This document shows, piece after piece, positions 13,450-27,131 of a stretch of DNA of 64,000 nt; the stretch's first letter is position 1; every line of letters begins with the position of its first letter. The translations under genes and the position numbers were made by a program. Source of the DNA: Cycas panzhihuaensis (lineage: Eukaryota > Plantae > Cycadophyta); the NCBI GenBank assembly GCA_023213395.1, contig CM041465.1, positions 198,841,741 to 198,905,740 of the forward strand, written 5' to 3'. The notes beneath the pieces are model-generated. The model was not told where the DNA came from. It searched no databases and saw nothing but the letters and a program-made list of their open reading frames with translations.

Positions 13450-15638
13450 TTTCTAGCTAAATATACATCTTCAACCAGACTTTTTGATGGCTAAAAATCT
13501 TATTTTATGCATAACTTAGAATTTTTTTCTTTTCAATTAATCTCTTTCAAATAACATATGAGATCTCTCCTCATCTCATATGAGATAATTAACTATAACT
13601 ATTCATTCTTAAATAATATCAACATCTCAAATAATATTCTCTCCTTAGTCAACATGCATCTCAATTCTTCATTCTCACCTCCCATTTCAAACCAACTAAG
13701 TCAAGATTCAACAAGATAATAATGTCATTCATTAATAACATTCTTTTAAATATATCAAGGTGTTTTCAAATATATCCTTCAGTCATTCATTCAATTAGGT
13801 GATTATTATCATTTTCTTCAACTTTTCATGTCTTAAATTTATCATAATTTAACTGACTCATTATAAAGGGTTTTACTCTTCTTCATGGTGGATCAACAAA
13901 CATTATCTTGGAATGTAAATGTGTCATTTTTCATCATTATATATGTTCTTAAGTGTGTTTAAAACTTGAAAAATGAGCCAATATTTTTTTTCTTCTCTTT
14001 TCTTTAAAATTCACTAAAACATTTATATAAAATGTACAAATACACCAATGAACCTTCAACCATTTAAAAAGGATTCTCATGTATTTCATATTTTTTAAAT
14101 TTAAGCCATTAAATATATTAAATAAGATATTCAAACATCCAAGTGTAAGTTTTTCATCAAACGAATATTTATCATCATTAACATGCATTTAATATACTTG
14201 ACATACGCCTAAGAACCCTTAAAATCATTTTAAAAAAAAAGTTAAATATCGTTTTTCATTTCTCAACAAATGACTTTATAACTATACCCAAAATTACTTT
14301 TCCAAATTTACTGATTAAAATTTTTATCCTTTAATTTCTAAGTTATACCTCACAATCACTCATTATGTATGTATATGAGTTTAATTTCTAATGCCTTAAT
14401 TAAATCAAAATTTTGACTTCATATGTAATAGTTATTCTTAAAATACTACTAGTGTATCATAATATATATATGTATATATAGATACACATGCCTCTTGTAA
14501 TAACGTTCACTTATGTATGGAGAGGGCTAGCCTATGTAGGTGAACTTCAAGTAGTAATAGCCTTCCTCACATATTTATGGACCAGTTCAAACTTATATGT
14601 TTAATGAAATATGGTGCACCACATCCATAAATACACCCATGTAAAAGCATCAATAAAATATCTCTACTGTTTAACTTTCAATACTATCAACATGCCCTTG
14701 ATATATGGTCACATCTCATTGGTATACCACCAATTTATAGCTTATCATAATAATCTATTAATTAGCTTTTAAAATGGCTGATGCTAGCTTAATACTTGCT
14801 TTTTAATAGGTATACACAATGCATATATAGATCATCTTTAGATAGCAAAGATTTCCACCAAGTTCTTATGGTCTTTAATATTCTAATTATTTACTTCATT
14901 CATCTAAAACTAGCTTTTCACACATCTCCTAGGATCTTCTACTGACTCCAACCTCTTTCTACATACTACTTACTTTATTTAGGCTTTAATACCATTTAAA
15001 TTTTATGAAATCATCTTGTGTGTAGCTTTGAAATTATCTCACAGGCCTCTTGGGATCTTCTACTAACTACAAACTCTTTTTATATACTTCTTGCTTTACT
15101 TAGGCTCTAATATCATATTAAAATTTCTGGAATCATCTTATTAAAATTTAACATACTTTAATACTATATTAGATTTGTTATACATATAAGTTAGTTTTAT
15201 TTTATAAAAAACTCATACCCTATAACTTGCACAAATAATAAATGAATTATGATTCATAAGTTAATCATAAGATAAGACATCAAACACATAAATAAGATAT
15301 ATATACAATAATATAACATAATCATACATAGAAAAAATATCATATAAGATAAGATTAATATATGAAAAGCTCTTGATTAGAAAAACCATAAGAGAAAAGT
15401 GATCAACTTAACTCTCAATTGATCTTTTGATATATGCACATATATATAACGATTATCACCTCATATATAAGTAATAGAATATAAGAACTTCAACAATCAA
15501 TAATATCATATTAGTACATTGACCATTTAAATTATATGTAAGAACCTTTATGTTGAACAATCATATTATATCACAACTTAGCCATATAAATTAAATATAA
15601 TATCAAATATTATGAACTCTAGTATTTTAATAAAATTG
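13450..15638 (-). mobile_element. Degenerate Copia-like remnant (gag N-terminus trace, repeated PBS, LTR-like segment interrupted by Gypsy G1)
   Basis: Minus-strand NIFNGLN...YMRILFKWL (ORF 13949-14188) resembles Copia gag starts. Reverse PBS-like sites at 14981-14994, 15102-15115 and 15155-15166, followed by TATTAGA. Confidence 0.4.
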
Positions 15639-15948
15639 TATTATGGATTCAATTCCCTAATTCACATTCTCTTATATCTTCTGCTTCTTCTCTCTCTTAT
15701 TTTTTCTTATATATTCTATTTCTTCTCTCTTCTTTATATCCCATATGCATAAGTAGTAGGTTATGTAGCGGCCATAGAGACTTATATATATTCATGTAAT
15801 CCTTAGAGGAGTACCTTAAATATCATTGCTATTGTATATAATTAGGAGGTTATCACCTTGAAGGGTATTCCAATACAAGTATTCTCTTTGGTATTATTTA
15901 GGCATTGTGCTGGTGTATTATTATCATTGAAGGAATGATATCCTACCA
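15639..15948 (+). repeat. 5' LTR of G1
   Basis: Direct repeat of 21222-21581, followed by PBS. Confidence 0.92.
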
Positions 15949-16962
15949 TGTGGTATTAAAGCAATCGATTCACAGACTCTGGAAGAGTCAAATGTATTAA
16001 ATAGTTAGTTTTTTTTAATCAATTTTTATTTCTGTTAGTATTTATTCTCATTTTAAATTCTTGCTTAATTACTTCTACTTTTTGGGTGTAGATAACATTG
16101 TAATCAGGTAGGTACCATGACACTACTATTGGGCAATTTTTGCCTACATTTAGATAGGACCTTATATTGAGTATCTATAAATATCATGAAGAACTATCAT
16201 TTTAAGCTATGTTCATTATGGCTTTTATGTCCTCTATATGAAGAATTAGAGATCACACTCCTGAACCAAGCCTTAGATAAAACTTGGCTCTAAAACTATA
16301 CCTCCACATACCTATGGATATATAAGAGGACTCCTTAAGTAGGTCTTCTTAGTATAGGTAACCATAAGAAACCTATTAGCCATCTATAATTTATAGTACA
16401 CTGGTAAGTAGTTAGCCTCAGAAAGTTACTCTCCTCATACCCTAGAGACGGGAAAGTATACCTGTAGGGTAGAGCATTAGCCTCTATAAGTTGATACTAT
16501 TTATGACTATGATCAATATAATAAAGAGCCTATAAACCAGATAATCCTAGACCTAGTGAGCCTAGTTAATCTATTAGTAGTACGTGTACACCTAGAAAGT
16601 CAATGCCCTCATTAATTTATAAACCTAGTATGTCTACCCAGTTTATTATTAATCCATACACATGTAATCCATTAGTTAATCAGCTAATTATATGTGACCA
16701 AAAAAATTTTAAAAAGAAAGAAAAATAAAATAAAAGTAGAAAAGAAAAAAAACGTTAGTTAGTCAATTGGAAGTGATGAAAAAATCTAGATTGCTTTATT
16801 ATAAAAGATTAAGGATAATAGTTTATTAACAGTCTATCAAGCCCTTTTTATTCACATTTACTAACTAGGATTCAACTTAGGTCTTGTAAATAAATGATCC
16901 CTAAGTTAAACCCTAACTAGAACTGAAATCTTAATGATGTTATCATACAACTTGAAGGAGAC

Positions 16963-19900
16963 ATGTTGCAAATCCAAACTAACCTCAATGAAAAATTTAA
17001 AAGGGTAATACAAGAGCTCATAATTATGAAACTTTTTAACGAAGAAGACAATCATTACAAGTTAGAAGAAAATATTAAATTCAATTATACTACTCACATA
17101 CGTGAGGGTCACTTTAATAACGAAGATAAAGATAATGATAATAGATGCTTCTGTCTTAACTCTATTCCTAAGTTAGAAATCAAAAAATTGAATGGCACAT
17201 ATGTGCATACCTAGGTTACCCAAATGGAGCAATACTTTTATCTTTATTAGGCTCCAACTAACAAGAATATCCCTATTATCTCTCTACACATGGATGGGCT
17301 TAGTTATTAATATGAAGGTTTTGTTAAAGACCTTATAGCTTAATATAATAACACATAAGATCATAACCACTTCAACTAGTTAGCTAAAGTCAAATAGAAG
17401 GGTACTATTTCAACTTATACAACATAATACCAATGTCTCTCCATAAGGGTTGATGGTCTCTATCATGATAAATTACTTGAGTTATACATTGGTGTATTAT
17501 AGGATGCCATCACACATGAGTTATAACCCTTAAAACTTGATAACATCTCTATATCTATCAATTTTTCTTAACACATCGAAGCTAAAAATAATGTATCTCG
17601 ACCATTTCCATGAATTGTCCTAGAAAAATGATCGTAATCTTAGCTTTTTCGTATGTGATAAATGACTTCCTCAGAGATAGATGAAAAATGGTTGAAAGGG
17701 TTATGTTTTTTTTACAATAAAAAGTAGAACAAAGAACATAAGTGCCTTGAACCGTGCTTATTAATTATTAAGGACATCTTAGATGATGGACCAACAAAAG
17801 AAATCCACCTAGAGCTAAAAAATAATGACCATGATCCACTTCAGGAGGAAGATGAAGATTACCACTATTATATCGGTGCATGCCCTTATTGGAATTATGA
17901 CCCCACAAACACTCAAACTTAATAGGTATATCAAGAAAACGAAAGTGGTTATCCTCATAGATTTTAGGAGCACCCATAATTTTTTAAATTAGAAACTTAT
18001 TGAAGAACTCAATTATGTTCTATATCTTATAAAAAATTTCTAGGTTATGGTGATTAATAAAGGGACACTCTCTTTGTGGGGAAAAATGTCATTATATCAA
18101 GCTATAAATAGGTTACTATCACCTCTTCACTTCTATATATGTCATTCCTATTAAAGAAGTTGATGTTGTACTGGGGGTATAATGGCTTAAACCATTAGAG
18201 ACCATTCAACTAAATTATGCAAGAGCTCTTTATCTGATTTACTTATGAAGGAATTGACTATGAATTGAATGGGATAGTTCATGCCCCAACTTAAATCATC
18301 AACTTACATTGTATGGAAAGGCTAATTAAAAATGGTGGTATAAGGATCATTCCTAAATATTATGCTCTGGAAGGTTAGAAACTTCCAATGGAGGGGGATA
18401 TTCTCCAAGATGATAACATCCTCAATGACTTGAAATTAGTGCTTTATCACTAAAACCAAGTCTTTAAGGATATTCCTCAAGGTCTTCCCCTAACACAAGA
18501 CTAAGATCATGACATTGGCCTAGTAGCTAGAAGTAATCCTCCTTATATTCGGCTATATCAGTACCCCTACCAATAAAATAATAAATTTGAATAGATAGTT
18601 TAATAACTCCTTAATGCCAATACTATTAGGAAAAGTAAAAGTACCTTTTCTACCTCAATGATTTTAGTAAGAAAAAGTGATGGCTTATTTTACATGTGTG
18701 TAGACTATCATGAGCTTAATAAGATAACCACAAAGGATAGATTTTTTATATCATTCATCGATGAACTCTTAGATGAGTTCCATGGAGCAACATTCTTCAC
18801 ATCATTAGACTTGAAGTTAGGATGCCATCAAATTAGGATCAAGGCAAATGATGTTTACAAGATGATATTTCGTATACATGAATGGTATTATGAATTTTTA
18901 GTCATATCATTTGGCCTTACTAATACCCCATCCACCTTTCAATAACTCATGAACAAACTCTTTTGGCCTTATTTAAGAAACTTTGTGCTAGTCTTTTTTT
19001 ATGACATTCTGATCTTTATTCACACTTGGGAAGACCATCTTCATCATGCTGATAAGGCATTATAGGTGTTTACAAATAACTAACTTTATGCCAAAAATTA
19101 AAGTGTTACTTTAGGCAAATAGAAATAGAATATTTAGGCTATATTATCTCCCAAGAAGGAGTCAAGGTGGATCCTAAGAAATTTCTAATTATCATAAATT
19201 GGCCTAAACCTAAAAATATCAAGGCCTTCATCAATTCTTAGTAATTATAAGGTATTATTAAAAGTTTATTTAAGGTTATGGAAGGATTACTTCTGCATTA
19301 ATTAGCTTGTTAGAAAAGGATTTCAATACTTAAAGGTGGCTTTAACTACCACTCCAGTTCTTACAACACCAAGCTTTATAAAGACCTTCATTATTGAATG
19401 TGATGCATTAAGGTAAGGAATTAGAGTAGTCTTAATATAAGAAGGGAAACCTTTAGTCTTTAAAAGTCATCAACTTACAACTGTGGATAAGTTAAATCCA
19501 CATATGAGAAGGAGATGCTGGTAATTCTCCATGCAATTAGGAAATGAGTATAATATTTACTTGGGATACATTTCTAGATTAAAACAAACCATGATAGCTT
19601 AAAACATTTCCTAGCTTAAACGATGATATCTGAGGAACAATAAAAATTGGTCACTAAAATGTAATATCCTTAAAATCATATATAAAAAATGTAAGGATAA
19701 TATAGTGGCTAATGCTTTATGTCACAAGGAAGAAGGCTCTGTACTATATCCTATCGCCATGGTCAATCCCTCTTGGATAGCAGTTGTCAAACAAGAATAG
19801 GATCATGACCTCTTTACGAAGTAGATCATTCAAGACCTTCAAGATGGGGTAGGGTACTTAACCCACTACACATGGTTCATAAATATTCTTTAATATAAGA

Positions 19901-21220
19901 ATAGGATATATATGTACCCTCACTCTAGTCTTAATGAGTAAATTTTGCATGATACACGTGTCTCCCCAATAGTATGTTATTCACGTCTCCTATGGATATA
20001 CTACTACTTAAAATAATATTTATTTTGGAAGGTCAAAAAAGAAGATGTAAAGCAGTATGTTTCCTCATGTGAAATTTGTCAATGATATAAGATAGAAATA
20101 GTCAAGTCCAAGGCATTGTAACCCCTTCCTAGACCAAATCAGCAATGGGAAGAAATTTCCATAGACTTCGTAGTGGGTCTTCCTAACTTTGAAAGAAAAG
20201 ATGTTATACTTATGGATGTTGATATGATAACTAAATATTCTCATTTATATAGCATCCAAACCATATATAAGGTAAAATAAATTACTGAGATCTTTTGAAA
20301 GAATATACATAGGTTGCATGGCATGCCCAAACACATAGTTAATGATCATGATCTAGTTCCCTAACAACTTCTAAACAAAACTCTTTCATCTACTCAGTAA
20401 CAAGCTAACAATAAGCTCATCATACCATGTACAAATAGATGGTTAAACTGAGGTGGTTAATAAGTGCCTCCAAAGATACATTTATTGTTATGCTTTAGAC
20501 AAGCAAGGCTAGTGGTATCATTTGCTTCCCTTAGTAGAATGGTGGTATAATGCAAATTATCACGTATCAATAGGAATGGCTTCATTCCAAACATTATATG
20601 TCTATGAACCACCTACACTTAAGAATTATGCCATAATTAGTTCTAAGTTTCAAGTAGTCAAGGACCACATCCATCAAACAATAGAGATTCTGAAGATACT
20701 AAAGGAAAATTTGAACCTTGTATAAAATCAAGTGAAAGAATAGGTAGATAAAGTGTGAAGTGAATAAGTACTTTGACCAAGTGATTGGGCATACTTATGG
20801 TTGCAACCATACAAGCATGCGTCTCTCAAATAAGATGGGAAGTGAAAATTACAACCCTAACTTTATGGACCTTACAAAATTCTCAAGAAGATTGATGAAG
20901 TTGCATCTACATTGGACTTACCACCACCATCAAGGATCCATAATGTCTTTCACTTTTTATGTCTCAAGATGGTAATTGGGTAGTGGATACAAGTTCAAAT
21001 TGCATTACCTATCTTAAATGATGTGGGGCAAGTACAACTCATTTTAGAATGCATCATCAAGAGAAGAATTCAACATCTACGATCTAGATAAATCATTGAG
21101 TATCTCATCAACTAAAAATAACTTCCATAAGAAGATGTAACATGGGAGAATGAACAATTTATCCATGAGCAATCTGAGATTAGTAAGCTTTGAGGGCAAA
21201 GCTTTTTTAAGGGGAGGGAC
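16963..21220 (+). pseudogene. Gypsy gag-pol (gag, PR, RT, RH, INT, chromodomain) with many stops and frameshifts
   Basis: Domain order PR-RT-RH-INT-CHD. ORF fragments 18658-18945 and 20522-20725 (LPLVEWWYN). Confidence 0.88.
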
Positions 21221-21221
21221 T

Positions 21222-21581
21222 TATTAGGGATCTAACCCTTAACTCACCTTCTCTTATATCTTCTACTTCTTCTCTCGCTTATCTTTACTTATCTTTTCTA
21301 CTTCTTCTCTCTTCTTAATATCCCACATACATAAGTAAGAGTTAGTGTAGTGGCCATAAAGCCCTATATATATTTATGTAATATGCCACATGTATAAGTA
21401 GGCAATTGTGTGGCTACATAGAGACCTATATATATTAATGTAATCCTTAGAGTGGTGTATCTTGAATATCATTACTATTGTATGTAATTAGCAGGTTACT
21501 CCCTCAAAGGGTATTATAATACAAGTGCTCTCTTTAGTGGTGTTGGTATGTTATTTTCATTGAAGGAGTAGTATCATATCA
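21222..21581 (+). repeat. 3' LTR of G1 (contains an extra ~60 bp tandem unit)
   Basis: Follows the PPT, ends in CA, then the TSD AATTG. Confidence 0.92.
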
Positions 21582-21599
21582 AATTGACTCCATATCTTT

Positions 21600-24500
21600 A
21601 ACGATCTTTTATAAAGTATACTTAGGTTTTCCTAGTGTAATAATTTATAAATACTAAAGTACTATTAGGGGATTTGATTATGGATGCATCATACTAGTGT
21701 GTATAATTTCTAATATCTTCTTATTTCTCTAAGATTTCTCCTAAGCAAAAAGATATTTGTGATGTTTACCATACATACACCGTTCACATATACCTCTTAA
21801 ACATAAAATCTATGGTAAACTTTCCACTATCTTCATTATGTCCATAAGTTACATGTTTTGATAGTTTAGGTATCATAATCATTCATGCCATAATTATGTT
21901 GTATCATTTACATTAGCAGCAAAAGCATAGGCTTATTTCTAACTTTAAAGTTTCTTGAACATCAAGAAGTCATCATTTAGATTTCTAGAAATAACAACTA
22001 AAACATATTTCATAAGATCTTTAATCAATTAGTTATCCTTGTAGAACTCATTTTTTTGTTTTATTTAGAAACTTAATAGGAAAAAAGAAGATTCTTCCTC
22101 ATGTATGGTGCATAATATACTCAACTGAAATTCCCCATTAAAAGGCTGGCTATTTTAAATCCATTAATAAGCACCATGTTAGCATCCTTAGGTATGATTT
22201 TAGCATCATCAGAATTAGAATCCATTGTAGTGTACTGCTCTCAATAGAAAGACGTATACCTTTATGTACCTAGGTCAAGTATCCAATAATCCTTTTAGGC
22301 TAAAAATTGAGAAGATGAGGTTAATACTTTAGTACAGTAAGTTGTAATTTTCTTTCATTTTTTATTGTGTTTTTCCTCTTGCATATCCTTTCTTCTAAAC
22401 TAATAGTTTTTCACCTTATGGCCTTCTCTCTTCTAATAGTGACACTTTCCAATGTACTTCTCTCTCTTCTTTTCTTAATTTTGCCTAAACTTTCATGCAC
22501 TTTTCTCTACCTTCTCATCTCATTCCCTTTGCATCTTTATAATTATGTCATGATTTGACTTTAGACTCATAAGAATGCTATAGTATTTTAATTTAAAATT
22601 TTTAGCTAGAATGAGATTATTTAGCTCATCTAAGGCCATTCCTTCCATCATATCATGCTTTGCATAATCCATCTAAAGTATACAAAATAAGGTTGGTAGT
22701 CTTAATACAATGAATGTAAATAGTAACTTATTATCAACTAACTTTTTCTTTATCTCTTCTAGCTTGTTCTTCAAATCCATTATCTTAATCAAATAAGCAT
22801 TAATATTACATTAATCTTTAATAGTTGCATTTAACATCTCCATTAACAAAACAACTTTACGTTTTGTCCACATCTTCTTAAAAGCATTATATAATTTCAT
22901 CAAGATTTTATTTGGTATATTTAGGTTATGGATAAGAGCTATGTGATCCAAAGCTAATAATAATTTTAATAAGCAAATAGCCGTACATTATTTTTTGCTC
23001 AAGGTGATCTCTCTTTCTCATCTAACGATAATATGGTCAATTCATATTTGATGATTTTCCATAATAAAGTTCACCATTAAAGTGATTTCCATACTTTCTT
23101 TCCATTTGTTAAATTTGTTTCCATTAAAAGTCACTTGCAAAACTTTCTCCATGGTTGCAACCTTACTAAATGATTGAGAATAATCTTCTTTCAATGTTCT
23201 CCAATATTAAGAGCTTCCTATCCATAGATCAAAGCCTTTTCTTCCATAATTATCTCATCAAAATGTTTGCTAAACATCCTAAACACCTATTTAAGTAGCC
23301 CCTATACTTCTATTGGATCCTCCATGCTTTGCACTATTATATTTACTTTTTTATAACCTCTACATTTACTAATGTGGCTTAAGATGGCTTGCATAGCCTC
23401 CCAGAAGTTTTATACACTAATAACAATTGCTTTGTGGTTTTTCAATGCTTCACACAAGCCTTTTTTAATGTTTTCTTTGTGTCTAATGTATTACACTTCA
23501 CTTATAAAGATTTTGCAATCACCACATACCCTTATGTATTTTACACAACCATTAACAAGTTCTAAATAGCTTCAAACTTAGATTTGTATGATGTTACTTT
23601 GTTTCATGGCTTTCAATGGCTTAAGAAAAGAGTCTTGCGTGCCTCAAAATGAATTAACATGGATTTGATGGTGGCCTACACAATAAATCTAGTTTACAAA
23701 ATCTTCTGAATAAACTTTAAACTAAGGTTTTTGGCTTATATGTCTTGCATAGCCTTTAAACAACTTCAAATGTTTTCAAACATTTCAAACAACCTTGAAC
23801 AAGTCCAAGCATTAACGAAATGAAACCTAGGATGTGTACCAACATTCCCATAGCTATATATGTTGTCCTCAAACTCTAATGTTTATTTGGATTTCTCTTA
23901 ATGCTACTCACATAACTCACATTTGATTCCAATACCCTCAAGTTCAAACAATCCAAAAGATCTTAATTTGTATGGTTTGAATGACCTCCCATGACCATCA
24001 TATATAAGTTATGACATTTTATAGTCATGTTCTTTAATAAATCATGCTTTCCTTTAAAATTTTAATTTATCATTAGGTTTGTGAATGTCACACCACTTCA
24101 CCAAGTCATGCCACCTTATGCAATTATTGTTTTGTTTAAGAAATTCTTATATTTGACCTCCAATAGTCAAATTTGAAGATATGACCTTTCTATAAAGGTT
24201 GTCACTTTGTAAAATAAAAGTTTCTTTTTTAATCAAAATAGTCAATAACTTTCATATGTTATCTGATTATCATTAGAAACTTGTAGGGGCCTATGGAGAA
24301 TTAACACCATTAAATGCAATGGAAGTCACATATTTTCATAGCAAGTAAAAGATAGATGCTTTGTTGAACTCACAATGGATCCCAACAATTTAACTTCAAT
24401 GAAAAATAAATAATTCTTACGCTTAACCTCCTCCATGAACTCCAAAACGAAGCATGGCGTTACTAGATTCATCCAATCACTTTTGGAGATGTCTAACATA

Positions 24501-25450
24501 CTTTTACTTTATTATATCATGTAAAGATGAGACTAAACATTGTCCATCGAATGTTTTACAACTCCAAACACATATAGTACGTCCCCAATCACCATTACAT
24601 TCTCTAAATGGGTCCCAAACTATTAAGAATAGTGTTCATTCATGGTTGGATCCTTTAAAATGATCCCCAAGACTTGGATGAAGCCCAATGCAACCATCCT
24701 CGATCGACATATGGAAATAAGGGTAGGATGGTTTAAATAATGCCCAATAGCCATTGAGTTGCCTAATCATCCATATACTCTACCTAATAACTACAAACAT
24801 TACCTAACCTTACTTAATTGATACATATGGCCTCTCAATAGTGGTAGAAGTCACCACATGATAGAAAGCATGTTGTTGAATGGATAATTTCCTTCATGTT
24901 ATTATTATACACCAATATTTAATCACTTAGAAATAGAAAAGGATTGTAATCACATTAACAAGACCTTCTTTTACATTAGAAAAAGGCCTTTTGATTTGTT
25001 CTATGTCTACATCTACTTTGCTTCAACTATATACTAAGAACCTGACTCTGATACCATATGAGAAAACATGCATACAAATGTAGACATGATCATGACCATA
25101 CATAGCAAGTAGAGGACAAGATATATAGGTTTTAATTGTCCCTAACCCATATAGGAAAATCTACTAATACTTTTAATTTAAACCCATTTCAACACATGTT
25201 TATCTTATGACTTATTAGGTTCACTTGACCTTTTAACATTGTGTTTCAATTGACTTTCATTGGATTGTGTTAAATTTGATATGCTTGGTTGGTCGATTTC
25301 GATTGCATAATTTTAATTAAATAGGGTTATATATTTGTAAGTTCAAAACAATACATCACACTAACGATTGTGGCCCTTCGCCATATCTTGTGACCTTTTG
25401 CCATGTGTGACTCTTTGTTGTGTTTGAATGAATCTTCAACATATCTATAT
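21600..25450 (-). mobile_element. Degenerate internally deleted Copia remnant (gag joined to RT traces, long leader, PBS, probable LTR)
   Basis: Minus-strand gag start MEKVLQVTFNGNKFNKWK at 23152, faint RT-like traces ~22090-22165, reverse PBS GACTCTGATACCA 25044-25056 followed by TG at 25059. The outer LTR boundary is uncertain. Confidence 0.55.
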
Positions 25451-26108
25451 AACACTCTCTATGTTTGCTAACATATTATTGAAGTGTAATAATTTTTCAA
25501 ACATAAGGAGGACAAGGATGTAGAGCAATCTTATTGATATGTTTTATGCTTATTTATAGATTTATAAAAATCCATATCATTGATTTTAGTATAATGTTGT
25601 AGTGTTTCAATGTTGAAGTTTTCCTTCAATGGTAGCCTTTTTCCTTTTATAATCATTACATAATTAATAAGCTTAAGTATATATTACTCAATAGTTTTTT
25701 ACTACTAAAATATAATTTAAACTTTTATGAACAAGAACTAAATTAATACTCTAGCACTCAAGCACTTTTAAGCCCACACCTTATACCTTTACCCTACTTT
25801 CTCGCGTAAAGGTTGTTTTACATATTTGATGTAGTCAACTTTACTACAGAATGTAATTGCTTAAGAAACTTAATATCTTATTGCATTGATGAATGGATTT
25901 TGCCTCTTTTTATTATAAGCTCAATGTAATAGTTCTTGTATTGATATGCTCATACTTGGAGCCATAAATCTAATGTTTCTCTCAAGTATAGGCATATATG
26001 TGGAAGTCATTATATTGAGCATATCATGACATGAAGTAATGGGTTCAATGTCTCTCCATTATATATATATTTATATATATATATGGTGGGTGCTATATTG
26101 GAGATAAA

Positions 26109-26406
26109 CACGTGTCCTCCTTAAATTTAGCGAGAATAGCTTACATATAGACATTCCAATAAGTAAATGCCTATTTCCAAGACATTTTGAAAACATAACA
26201 TATAGGCACACTACACCATAATATTTCTATTTAAAGATGCAAAATTTCATGTATTCCATTATAATACATGTTCGCCCTGGCCAACTTTTCTATGGATCTT
26301 TGGCATATCCGTGATGCCCTAATTCATGGAATTAATCATTATTTGATATAATTGTGACGGCCATGAAAAGATTCCTGCCCTTTGTTGCTCCCTCGCTTTT
26401 GCAAGT

Positions 26407-26438
<32 letters not shown>

Positions 26439-26719
26439 GCGGAGAAAATTTTTAAAGTATATATAACATATATATATATTTGGAGAAAATTGACTTTAAT
26501 ATTTTATGTGCTAGAGGTATCCCACTTTCGGATTTCTATTGCGGTAATCCCCACTTTAATTGACAGCAATCACGAAGGAACAGAACGAGTGACCAATCAA
26601 ATGGGGGCACTTGGAGCTCTGGCAAAGTTCGTCATGCTGCAGATGCACTTTTCTCTACGTATTGAAATCTTTTACGTGGTGCAAATCCAGTGGCCACTCG
26701 ACTGTATTTTACAGACGTG
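26109..26719 (+). promoter_or_regulatory. Putative SWEET promoter with ACGT-core (G-box/ABRE-like) sites and a CCAAT box
   Basis: CACGTGTC 26109-26116, CCAAT 26593-26597, TACGTGG 26673-26679, GACGTG 26714-26719. CpGs are retained here, unlike in the flanking TEs. Motif match only. Confidence 0.4.
26408..26432. repeat. (TA)n microsatellite upstream of SWEET
   Basis: Directly visible; smaller tracts at 26060-26083 and ~26468-26478. Confidence 0.9.
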
Positions 26720-26809
26720 AAATTTCCATTCACAAACAATCACAACCGAGGTTCTGAAAATATCTTCAATTCGGGGCGTTGGACTCGAGCGGTACCTACA
26801 ATTTGTTTG

Positions 26810-26842
26810 ATGGCGAATTTTAGCTTCATTCTTGAGTTACCG
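26810..26842 (+). CDS. SWEET16: SWEET exon 1 (33 bp; one G short of the expected phase-1 exon)
   Basis: ATG GCG AAT TTT AGC TTC ATT CTT GA GTT ACC G|gtaag, expected ILGVTG. Confidence 0.8.
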
Positions 26843-26982
26843 GTAAGATAATACCCTTCCTTGAACGCGCAATTTATAAGCTTCAGTAATTATTCTATTG
26901 AACCGTCGCAGTTTATCAAATTTGTCCTCGGGGCATTAAAATGATTCGTACTATAAATATATATCGTCTGATTCTGTTCCAG

Positions 26983-27019
26983 GAAACGTGCTATCGCTCT
27001 TGGTTTTCTTCTCGCCAAT
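26983..27019 (+). CDS. SWEET16: SWEET exon 2 (37 bp)
   Basis: ccag|GAAACGTG...CCAAT|gtaag encoding (G)NVLSLLVFFSP(M); typical SWEET exon size. Confidence 0.92.
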
Positions 27020-27131
27020 GTAAGTTCACATACTAATTGCGATGAATTAGCGCTCTGAAATCATTGTGCCTGTGGTTTGGGATATTCTGTTTAGATTTGT
27101 AACGCGTTGTGTTGAAGATTTCGGTTGACAG

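Larger units (their letters stand above)
15639..21581 (+). mobile_element. Structurally complete but degenerate Ty3/Gypsy chromovirus (Reina-like size), element G1
   Basis: LTRs 15639-15948 and 21222-21581, exact 5-bp TSD AATTG (15634-15638 / 21582-21586), PBS 15951-15962, PPT AAGGGGAGGGAC 21209-21220. RT MCVDYHELNKIT/FGLTNTPSTFQ (ORF 18658), RNase H IECDA ~19392, integrase, chromodomain EYLIN..EDVTWE ~21097-21148. Confidence 0.95.

Noticed and set aside
26490-26720. 76-aa ORF upstream of SWEET
   Set aside because: TTG start, no recognisable homology, lies in the promoter region.
26761-26842. Alternative upstream start that would rescue the SWEET frame
   Set aside because: The frame needed to join exon 2 contains TGA (TCT TGA GTT ACC G) just before the donor.
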